The notes under the pieces are model-generated. The model had not been told where the DNA came from and ran no database searches. It worked only from the letters and a program-made list of their open reading frames with translations. The translations under genes and the position numbers were made by a program. A stretch of 59,752 bases of DNA, filler included. It is 4 parts of 4 records of this genome, joined end to end, with 100 filler letters (N's around TTAATTAATTAA, not from the genome) between each part and the next. Parts side by side here need not be neighbours in the genome. Positions count along the whole stretch, not along the records: positions 31,676 to 53,015 come from SRR2962707_1183; positions 53,116 to 59,752 come from SRR2962707_1187; 2 more parts are not named here. The stretch is one strand, 5' to 3'. Within the stretch, counting starts at the first letter, position 1. Each line of letters starts with the position of its first letter. Positions 52,178 through 59,752 of this stretch are shown in pieces.

Positions 52178-52867
52178 TTATAAATGAGCTTCTATTTGTT
52201 CTTGTAATTGGATTGCATTTGGAAAACTTCTAAATACTTTAGAAGTGTCTATTGTAATAAAAAGTACACCTTCTACTATTCTAGTTTTATTCTCTTTAGC
52301 TAGATTAAATTCAATTTTTGAAACTGAAGTTATAAAAGCTTCTTTAGCCAATGAATCTGAAGCTATTCTAGAAATTGTTTCTTTGAGTAAAACTAATACT
52401 TTTAATGCATAATATTTCCCTGTATCTTCTGGTGTATTCTTATCATTATAAACTATGGAAATTTCTTTATCTATAATAGACTTTACTACTAACTCTAAAT
52501 CTTTGATATCTTTTTTTAGCTGAAGTATAGTTGGTATTTCTTCATCTTCAGGAATGAAAGGAATTTTTCCGTCAGATAAAAGGTAGGCATATTTATTAAT
52601 GTTACTTATTGAAATTGAAGAAATAGCATGAGCTGATATGTAATTAAATTGAGCCTTCCCGTCAAATAAATCACATAATAAAATTGCTTTCTTGTCAGAA
52701 TCATAATTCACAAAAAAACCAGAAGTACTATCTAAATTCATACTAATGGTAACTTGTGGCATTTGTGGTCTTTCCTTATCTCTTTCTATAGCTGCAATCT
52801 CTAGAAGCATTTCTAAAACTTGATTATTATCTAATACTGGTAATTGGAGCATTGTTTTAAAATCCAT
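52178..52867 (-). CDS. Hypothetical two-domain protein (229 aa)
   Basis: Clean ORF; C-terminal half resembles the 131-aa neighbour (DSLAKEA, VEGV, IEAHL). Confidence 0.82.
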   Translation of the reverse strand: MDFKTMLQLPVLDNNQVLEMLLEIAAIERDKERPQMPQVTISMNLDSTSGFFVNYDSDKKAILLCDLFDGKAQFNYISAHAISSISISNINKYAYLLSDGKIPFIPEDEEIPTILQLKKDIKDLELVVKSIIDKEISIVYNDKNTPEDTGKYYALKVLVLLKETISRIASDSLAKEAFITSVSKIEFNLAKENKTRIVEGVLFITIDTSKVFRSFPNAIQLQEQIEAHL

Positions 52868-52892
52868 ATTTACTTTAATTTAAGTTTAATTA

Positions 52893-52939
52893 CAAAGTTG
52901 GCGCAATGCACTACATTTTAAGTAACCAATTTCAGTGAT
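52893..52939 (-). promoter_or_regulatory. Regulon promoter 7
   Basis: Minus strand ATCACTGAAATTGGTTAC (52939-52922), 21-bp gap, CAACTTTG (52900-52893). Confidence 0.68.
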
Positions 52940-53015
52940 ATTTAGATTTGGCTTATGTACAGTAGAAAAATGAGAAGATTATAATATTCTTATGCTAGCT
53001 ACCCTAAAAATTAAC

Positions 53016-53115
53016 NNNNNNNNNNNNNNNNNNNNNNNNNNNNNNNNNNNNNNNNNNNNTTAATTAATTAANNNNNNNNNNNNNNNNNNNNNNNNNNNNN
53101 NNNNNNNNNNNNNNN
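53016..53115. other. Artificial contig linker (change of organism)
   Basis: N44-TTAATTAATTAA-N44. Confidence 0.99.
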
Positions 53116-53116
53116 T

Positions 53117-53635
53117 AATAAAAGCGCCTCGATTTTAGTGGCCACCGATGTTGCGGCACGCGGTTTAGATATTGATGATATGGACATGGTGATCAACTAC
53201 CATCTTGCTCACGATCCACAAACCCATGTACACCGTATTGGTCGTACCGGTCGCGCAGGTAAAAAAGGTATCGCTTGTTCAATTTATGGTGACGCAGAGC
53301 AATTTAAAGTGGCGCAAATTGGTGACCATTACGAATGTGATTTCTTACCAGAACAATTACCGCCATTTAGCTTACTTGAAAAGCCACCGTATAAGCCGCA
53401 AATGGTCACCCTGATGATTGATGCAGGTAAAAAACAAAAAGTACGTGCTGGTGATATTTTAGGGGCGTTAACTGGCAAAGATGGTGTAGCAGGGCGTCAG
53501 GTTGGTAAAATTAACGTACTTGATAACGTGGCTTTTGTTGCTGTTGAACGTAATTCTTCAAAACCAGCACTACGCAAATTAACTGAAGGTAATATTAAAG
53601 GCCGTAAAATACGCGCCCGTCGCCTAACTCGTTAA
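53117..53635 (+). CDS. dbpA: ATP-dependent RNA helicase DbpA, C-terminal fragment
   Basis: [22 protein letters not shown] and the C-terminal [16 protein letters not shown] DbpA RNA-binding domain. Confidence 0.9.
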   Translation, partial: NKSASILVATDVAARGLDIDDMDMVINYHLAHDPQTHVHRIGRTGRAGKKGIACSIYGDAEQFKVAQIGDHYECDFLPEQLPPFSLLEKPPYKPQMVTLMIDAGKKQKVRAGDILGALTGKDGVAGRQVGKINVLDNVAFVAVERNSSKPALRKLTEGNIKGRKIRARRLTR

Positions 53636-54222
53636 TTATCGACTGTTGAGCAGCTTGCCTTGAGCTGCTCATATTCATTCTTTAATTCTTTAAATTTTTC
53701 TGTATCGCCAGTTTCTTTATCAGGGTGGTACTGCATTGCCAGTTGTCGCCAGCGTTTCTGTATATCCTTCAAACTACATTGTTTCGTCAATTGCCAGCGT
53801 TGTAGCAGCTTGTTATGCGTTTTGCTATCCAGTGCTTGCTGCGGTTTTTTATTGCCAGCAAAACGTTGCCAGAAGTCATTAAGCAACTCTTGGATTTCAT
53901 TGCTGGATGTTTCATAGTTTTGCCAATCTAGATAATAGTCGCGCAGCGGATCAAGGTGCTGCACTGAACTATGAGGGTCTGCATCTGTGAGAGTTATTCG
54001 TAAGCTGGCGATAGCCAAATACTGAGCTGGTTGAAGTTGCTGCTGTAGTTGATACAGGGCGTTCATGATTAAAAAGTTACGTTTAAATAAATCACGTTCT
54101 GGTTGGGCGTCAAGCGTACCGATAGAGCCTTGTTGTTGTAATTTCAATGCTAAAGTATGAACCATCCATGTGTCTTGCGTTAGAATAAGCTCAAAAATCT
54201 CATCTATCAGTGGGTTAAGCAT
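53632..54222 (-). CDS. DnaJ-related protein with C-terminal J domain
   Basis: [16 protein letters not shown] and [13 protein letters not shown] segments; HPD motif. Confidence 0.88.
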   Translation of the reverse strand: MLNPLIDEIFELILTQDTWMVHTLALKLQQQGSIGTLDAQPERDLFKRNFLIMNALYQLQQQLQPAQYLAIASLRITLTDADPHSSVQHLDPLRDYYLDWQNYETSSNEIQELLNDFWQRFAGNKKPQQALDSKTHNKLLQRWQLTKQCSLKDIQKRWRQLAMQYHPDKETGDTEKFKELKNEYEQLKASCSTVDN

Positions 54223-54301
54223 TGTTTGCAGTCTAGTTATTAGTGTATCTTGACTAAATTATCATAGCTTAACACTACTAACAAAATTCCAAGGAAAAAT
54301 T

Positions 54302-57121
54302 ATGCTAGGTCAGTTCAAGCACCTACTATTTATTTGCTTTATTATTGTACTTGGCGTTTTTTCTCAATTTAGTCATGCTCAGCAGCAAGTAACGCTGTTG
54401 GAGCAATTTAAGCTTACCGATGAATGGTCAGAGAAACAGCAGCTAGCAAACCAACTACTTGCTACAGAACTTGCAAACTCACAACAAGTTGAGATTTATG
54501 CGAGTTTAGCTGAGCGTGCGTTTGAACTAAGTAATTACCCCCAAGCATTGCATTATTACCAGTTATTAGAGCAAAGCAGCACATTTGAAAGGCAGCCTGA
54601 GTTACATTTTAGAGCAATAAAAATGCAGGGTGTAGTGCAGTATTTTCAAGGTTTATTGCAACCAGCTATTATTAGTTATAACCGAGCCTTAAATTTTGCT
54701 GTGCGCTTAAAAAGCCCATTAAAGCAAGCTAACTTATTGAGCAATATTGGTTTAGCGTATTTTAATATGCATAACATGGAGCTTGCGTTAGAGCATTATC
54801 AACAGGCTAAAGCATTTTATGAAAACGACGGGAGTGAAAAAGATAAGGCCGATATTCTGCATAATATTGCCGGCGTCTACATTCGTTTATCTCGTTATGA
54901 TTCAGCACTTGAAATATACCGTCAAGTAATTGATGTGTTTCAACAGTTAGGTGATGAAGAGGGGGTTGCCCGTGCCCATGGCAATATGGCTGTTGCTTAT
55001 GCCGAGTCAGGTCAAAATCAATTAGCGCTGCATTATTATCAACTCGCTCTACGTTATTATCAAAGCGTCAATGATGCCTACCAGCTGTCAGTCCAGCATA
55101 CAAATTTAGCGAGTATAAACTTAAAAATAGTTGAGCTAGATGCCGCGTTATATCATGCTGAAGCGGCTCAAAAATACGCTAAGCAAATTGATAATCAATC
55201 ATTACGATTAGCGGCTCTACAGGTTTTAGCTAAAGTGCAATTAGTTATGGGGGATATTGATACCGCCAAACAGAATTTAGAGCAATCAATCGCACTGGCA
55301 AAAGAATATAAAGATGAGTTACGTGTCACAGATGGCTTAGGTATTGAAGCGTTATTAAGCGCTGGAACAGGTGATTACAAGCGAGCGATTCAGTTACACC
55401 AGCAGTTTATTGATTATCAGCGCAGTATAACTAGTGAAGAAGTTATGAAAGCGTTACGTACATTTCAGTCGCAGTTTCAATCGAGCCAGTTAAATCAGGA
55501 GATTAAACAGCTTAAACAAGAACGCAGCTTACAAGAGCTAAAAATCGAAAAACGTTCACAATTGACTATTTTGTTATCAATTGTATTGGTGCTGGTGTTG
55601 ATTTGTGCGGTTGCATTATATCGTCGTGCAGTTGAGAAAAATGCTAAAACTCAATTAGAGCAAAAAGTTGAGCAACGTACTCAAGAGTTACAATATGTGG
55701 CACAAGAATTACGCGCTGCGAATCAAGTAAAGAGCCAATTTTTGGCAAATATTAGTCATGAGATCCGCACACCGCTTACAGCAATATTGGGGCAAACAGA
55801 TGATCTATTGAATGGATTGTATCAGCCTCAACAGCTACAAGCAGAGTTGTTGGTTATTAAGAAGCACAGTGATCATTTAAAAGGTCTGATCAATGATGTG
55901 CTCGATCTAAGTAAAATAGAAGCTAACCGCTTAGATTTAGATGTTAGCGAGTTTGACCTCGTGGTTATTGTTAACGATGTTTACGCTATGTCGAGTATGC
56001 AGGCTAAAAACAAAGGGTTAACACTCTTATTAGAAAATAACTTAGGGTCAAGCTTTTGGACTAAACTCGATTTGATCCGAGTAAAGCAAATCCTGATTAA
56101 CTTACTAACCAATGCGATTAAATTCACTGAGAGCGGTTTTGTCACTTTACATATTGATGCTACTGAGCAAGGCGTTTGTTTTAAAGTTGTCGATACTGGG
56201 ATTGGAATGACGACAGCGCAAATAAAAAATATTTTTGAATGCTTTCAACAAGGTGATAATACTATTAGTCGAAGGTTTGGTGGTTCAGGACTTGGGTTAA
56301 GTCTCTCCCAACAATTAGCGATTATGATGGGCGGTTATATTAGTGTTGAAAGTGAATTGAAAAAAGGCAGTGAATTTACTTTTAATGTGCCATGTAAACA
56401 ATATCCGCCAGCAAAAGTTTCTACTGAGGCCGCAATACCAGAAAATACAACGGGTCTTGTTGGCAGGGTGTTGTTAGCTGAAGATCATCCAGACAATCGC
56501 AGACTAATAACGCGTTTTTTAAAGTCGACAGGACTTGAAGTGATCTGCGCAAGTAATGGTGAACAAGCTGTTGAGCTTTGCCTTAGTGAGTTCCCTGATA
56601 TTGTTTTATTAGACATACAAATGCCCGTAATGGACGGCCTGAGTGCGTTTGAATTATTGAAAAAATGTGGGTTTGATAAACCAACCTTCGCATTAACGGC
56701 TAACGCGATGAGCCATGAAATAGATGAATATTTAGCTATGGGGTTCACAGGCTATTTAAGCAAACCGATCGAGAAAGAAACCTTCTATCGTACACTTGCC
56801 TTGTATTTGGATAGCCCAGTAGTGTTACCTTCAACTAACCCTGATATTAGTGATTTAGTGAGCAGTTTTATCGCCAGTTTTGATGACGAAATTAAGTTAT
56901 TAACAGCGAATTTTGCAGCAAAGGACTTTATAGCGCTACAGCAAGATAGCCATCGAATTCTTGGCGCAGCACAAATATTTACACTCACAAGTGTGGCAGA
57001 TGCAGCGATGAACTTAGATAAGGCGTTATTAGCGAAAGATCAACCTGCAACTAATGCCGAAATAGCTGCGTTGGTAGATGAATTAATCCAGCAATTATCA
57101 AAATCATCTGCTGTAGGGTAA
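54302..57121 (+). CDS. TPR-containing hybrid sensor kinase (HisKA-HATPase-REC-Hpt)
   Basis: Signal peptide, TPRs, TM helix, FLANISHEIRTPL, NAIKFT, DTGIG, GSGLGL, LAEDH/LDIQMP receiver, SHRILGAA Hpt. Confidence 0.92.
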   Translation: MLGQFKHLLFICFIIVLGVFSQFSHAQQQVTLLEQFKLTDEWSEKQQLANQLLATELANSQQVEIYASLAERAFELSNYPQALHYYQLLEQSSTFERQPELHFRAIKMQGVVQYFQGLLQPAIISYNRALNFAVRLKSPLKQANLLSNIGLAYFNMHNMELALEHYQQAKAFYENDGSEKDKADILHNIAGVYIRLSRYDSALEIYRQVIDVFQQLGDEEGVARAHGNMAVAYAESGQNQLALHYYQLALRYYQSVNDAYQLSVQHTNLASINLKIVELDAALYHAEAAQKYAKQIDNQSLRLAALQVLAKVQLVMGDIDTAKQNLEQSIALAKEYKDELRVTDGLGIEALLSAGTGDYKRAIQLHQQFIDYQRSITSEEVMKALRTFQSQFQSSQLNQEIKQLKQERSLQELKIEKRSQLTILLSIVLVLVLICAVALYRRAVEKNAKTQLEQKVEQRTQELQYVAQELRAANQVKSQFLANISHEIRTPLTAILGQTDDLLNGLYQPQQLQAELLVIKKHSDHLKGLINDVLDLSKIEANRLDLDVSEFDLVVIVNDVYAMSSMQAKNKGLTLLLENNLGSSFWTKLDLIRVKQILINLLTNAIKFTESGFVTLHIDATEQGVCFKVVDTGIGMTTAQIKNIFECFQQGDNTISRRFGGSGLGLSLSQQLAIMMGGYISVESELKKGSEFTFNVPCKQYPPAKVSTEAAIPENTTGLVGRVLLAEDHPDNRRLITRFLKSTGLEVICASNGEQAVELCLSEFPDIVLLDIQMPVMDGLSAFELLKKCGFDKPTFALTANAMSHEIDEYLAMGFTGYLSKPIEKETFYRTLALYLDSPVVLPSTNPDISDLVSSFIASFDDEIKLLTANFAAKDFIALQQDSHRILGAAQIFTLTSVADAAMNLDKALLAKDQPATNAEIAALVDELIQQLSKSSAVG

Positions 57122-57188
57122 CTGTAACGCTTGAGGTTTGACATTAACTTGCCGCTTTTTTATAAAGCTTCAATAAGGAATTTTTGGC

Positions 57189-57218
57189 AAAAAAAATGCC
57201 TGTATTAACAGGCATTTT
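57189..57218. terminator. Terminator between convergent rho and sensor kinase genes
   Basis: AAAAAAAATGCCTGT-atta-ACAGGCATTTT. Confidence 0.82.
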
Positions 57219-57236
57219 AGAATTCTGTAAACGGAA

Positions 57237-58496
57237 TTACTGACGTTTCATCGAATCAAAAAACTCATCATTGGTTTTGCTCATAGAGAGTTTATCAATT
57301 AAAAACTCCATCGCATCAATTTCAGACATTTCATGAACGATCTTACGTAAAATCCACATTTTTTGTAGCTCGTCTGGTTTCGTCAGCAATTCTTCACGAC
57401 GGGTACCAGAACGGTTAAAGTCGATCGCAGGGAATACACGCTTTTCAGCAATCTTACGATTTAAGTGTAATTCCATATTACCGGTACCTTTAAACTCTTC
57501 GTAGATTACTTCATCCATCTTAGAGCCAGTATCGATAAGCGCAGTTGCGATAATAGTTAAACTACCACCTTCTTCAACGTTACGTGCAGCACCAAAGAAA
57601 CGCTTTGGTTTATGTAGTGCGTTAGCATCAACACCACCGGTAAGTACTTTACCTGATGAAGGGATAACGGTGTTGTATGCACGTGCTAAACGAGTGATTG
57701 AATCAAGTAGGATGATGACATCTTTTTTATGTTCAACTAGGCGTTTGGCTTTTTCGATTACCATTTCAGCAACTTGTACGTGACGGCTCGCTGGCTCATC
57801 AAACGTTGATGCAATTACTTCACCTTTTACAAGGCGCTGCATTTCAGTTACTTCCTCTGGACGCTCATCGATAAGTAATACCATCAAGGTTGCATCAGGG
57901 TGGTTATGAGTAATTGATTGGGCAATGTTTTGCAGTAGCATTGTTTTACCCGCTTTTGGCGGCGCTACTAATAAACCACGTTGACCACGGCCAATTGGTG
58001 AAGCTAAATCTAGTACTCGAGCGGTAATATCTTCTGTACTGCCATTACCACGTTCCATGCGCAAGCGCTCGTTGGCATGTAATGGAGTAAGGTTTTCAAA
58101 AAGGATTTTAGTACGGGAGTTTTCTGGTCTATCAAAGTTTACTTCGTTTACTTTTAGTAATGCAAAGTAACGTTCACCGTCTTTAGGCGGACGTATCAGA
58201 CCCATTATTGAGTCACCAGTACGCATACTAAAACGACGAATTTGGCTAGGTGATATATAAATGTCATCAGGGCCAGCAAGGTAAGAAGCTTCTGATGATC
58301 TTAAGAAACCAAAACCATCCTGTAAGATTTCTAGTACACCACCGCCAAAAATGTTCTCTCCACTTTTGGCGTGGGCTTTAAGGATAGCAAAGATAATATC
58401 TTGCTTTCTTAAGCGGGCTACGTTTTCGAGCCCCATGGACTCAGCTAAGTCTACAAGTTCTTTGATCGACTTGTCTTTTAATTCGCGTAAATGCAT
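57237..58496 (-). CDS. rho: Transcription termination factor Rho
   Basis: 419 aa; [25 protein letters not shown] and [11 protein letters not shown]. Confidence 0.98.
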   Translation of the reverse strand: MHLRELKDKSIKELVDLAESMGLENVARLRKQDIIFAILKAHAKSGENIFGGGVLEILQDGFGFLRSSEASYLAGPDDIYISPSQIRRFSMRTGDSIMGLIRPPKDGERYFALLKVNEVNFDRPENSRTKILFENLTPLHANERLRMERGNGSTEDITARVLDLASPIGRGQRGLLVAPPKAGKTMLLQNIAQSITHNHPDATLMVLLIDERPEEVTEMQRLVKGEVIASTFDEPASRHVQVAEMVIEKAKRLVEHKKDVIILLDSITRLARAYNTVIPSSGKVLTGGVDANALHKPKRFFGAARNVEEGGSLTIIATALIDTGSKMDEVIYEEFKGTGNMELHLNRKIAEKRVFPAIDFNRSGTRREELLTKPDELQKMWILRKIVHEMSEIDAMEFLIDKLSMSKTNDEFFDSMKRQ

Positions 58497-58637
58497 ATTG
58501 GTGGGTTCTTTATTACAGTTATCATGCTCATATAATCGATATCGATTAGTGAGAGAGGTTTGTTGGTAAACTAAGGATTAGTTGGCTTTATAAACTAGCA
58601 GGTCACTGGCTAGGCGTCCAGTCTTTATACAAAAAAA

Positions 58638-58670
58638 ATGTAAAAAAGGGCAAAAAGCCCTTTTTTACAT
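58638..58670 (-). terminator. Terminator hairpin between trxA and rho
   Basis: ATGTAAAAAAGGGC-aaaaa-GCCCTTTTTTACAT, followed by a T-tract on the minus strand. Confidence 0.82.
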
Positions 58671-58676
58671 CTGTAT

Positions 58677-59003
58677 TTAGATGTTGTTTTCTAAAAACTC
58701 AACTAGTTGAGTTTTAGAAAGTGCACCCACTTTAGTTGCTGCAACTTGGCCTTCTTTAAAAAGAAGTAGCGTAGGGATACCACGGATACCAAATTTAGGT
58801 GGTGTGCCCGCATTTTGGTCGATGTTTAATTTACCGATCACAACACGGCCATCAAATTCATCTGCTACTTCATTAAGAATAGGTGCGATCATTTTACATG
58901 GTCCACACCATTCAGCCCAAAAATCAACTAAAACAGGCTTGTCTGATTGTAATACGTCAGCTTCAAAGCCATCGTCAGTTAATTGAATAATTTTCTCGCT
59001 CAT
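58677..59003 (-). CDS. trxA: Thioredoxin 1
   Basis: WCGPC active site; start MSEKII at 59003 after GGAG; rhlB-trxA-rho synteny. Confidence 0.97.
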   Translation of the reverse strand: MSEKIIQLTDDGFEADVLQSDKPVLVDFWAEWCGPCKMIAPILNEVADEFDGRVVIGKLNIDQNAGTPPKFGIRGIPTLLLFKEGQVAATKVGALSKTQLVEFLENNI

Positions 59004-59093
59004 TGCGCTCTCCGATAAGTTAGGCGAATTATTTAATGCGTATTTAAACACTCTTGTTTCTTATTGCAAGTTTAAACGTTATGCTTAAACGCT

Positions 59094-59752
59094 ATGACTA
59101 AGACACATTTGACCGATAAAAAGTTTTCAGACTTTGCTATTGCACCGGAAGTGGTTGCCGGGTTAACCGAAAGTGGGTTTGAATATTGCACACCCATACA
59201 AGCTAAATGCCTACCTTTTATTTGTGATGGCCGCGATATTGCGGGCCAAGCACAGACAGGTACAGGCAAAACGTTGGCGTTTTTAACCGCCACGTGCCAT
59301 CGGTTATTACAATCTAGCAAAGCACCTAGTAAACATCCAAGAGCCCTGATCATGGCCCCTACTCGGGAGCTTGCGATTCAGATCCACAAAGATGCAAAAA
59401 TTTTAGCGCCACACTGTAATCTTAACTTAGGTTTAGTATATGGTGGCGAAGATTACGAAAAACAACGTGCACAGTTAGAAAAAGGCGTTGATATTTTAAT
59501 TGGCACCACAGGTCGCTTAATCGATTTATATAAACAAGGGTGTTACACCCTAAATGAAATCGAAGTAGTGGTCCTTGATGAAGCCGATCGTATGTTTGAT
59601 TTGGGTTTTATTAAAGACATTCGTTATATGTTCCGTCGCATGCCGGATACATCGCAACGTCTTAACTTATTATTCTCTGCAACATTATCGTATCGCGTAC
59701 AAGAATTGGCGTTTGAACATATGACAAACCCAGAGCATGTACAAATTGAACC
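59094..59752 (+). CDS. rhlB: ATP-dependent RNA helicase RhlB, runs off the window end (absent from the ORF track)
   Basis: Manual translation [14 protein letters not shown]...CTPIQ...AQTGTGKT...PTRELA...[12 protein letters not shown]; divergent from trxA. Confidence 0.93.
   Translation, partial: MTKTHLTDKKFSDFAIAPEVVAGLTESGFEYCTPIQAKCLPFICDGRDIAGQAQTGTGKTLAFLTATCHRLLQSSKAPSKHPRALIMAPTRELAIQIHKDAKILAPHCNLNLGLVYGGEDYEKQRAQLEKGVDILIGTTGRLIDLYKQGCYTLNEIEVVVLDEADRMFDLGFIKDIRYMFRRMPDTSQRLNLLFSATLSYRVQELAFEHMTNPEHVQIE

Noticed and set aside
31676-53015. Prophage, IS or CRISPR origin of the island
   Set aside because: No integrase, transposase, structural phage genes, att-like repeats, cas genes or repeat-spacer arrays were seen
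47760-57121. Two TPR sensor kinases close together
   Set aside because: They lie on different contigs from different phyla and belong to different kinase classes; coincidence

Overview
The window is not one locus. It is four contigs joined by artificial 100-bp linkers (44 N + TTAATTAATTAA + 44 N at 10535-10634, 31576-31675 and 53016-53115), from at least three organisms. (A) 1-10534 and 10635-31575 are Rhizobiales-type alphaproteobacterial core genes (Ahrensia/Phyllobacteriaceae-like, inferred): clpB, prmC, prfA, ptsP, lysC, ubiG, an upp-like polysaccharide locus, ctaA, argC, speB, rpsI-rplM, metY-like, patB-like, a P450 and clpP-clpX. (B) 31676-53015 is an AT-rich Flavobacteriaceae-type accessory island of about 21 kb. 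(C) 53116-59752 is a Pseudoalteromonas-like segment: dbpA, a J-domain gene, a TPR hybrid kinase, rho, trxA and rhlB. Segment B is the best candidate for an undescribed system. All seven transcription units with a complete first gene share one promoter architecture: an 18-bp imperfect palindrome (consensus about ATCAC-N8-GTGAT) exactly 21 bp upstream of a Bacteroidetes -7 element (TAnnTTTG-like). This points to a single regulon, probably run by the island's own TPR sensor kinase and NarL/LuxR regulator. The regulated cargo includes SMI1/KNR4, DUF6892-like, DUF1266-like and DUF4132-like conflict/immunity-type proteins and a paralogous pair of small unknown proteins. It also includes a compact coiled-coil + vWA + divergent adenylosuccinate-synthetase-like cassette. 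That enzyme keeps the PurA catalytic Asp/His but has a remodelled aspartate-binding loop, so it looks like neither PurA nor PurZ. Also noted: a 21-aa Lys-rich insertion in ribosomal protein uS9 and a Flavo-1-like structured RNA. Domain names are from motif recognition only and need HMM confirmation.
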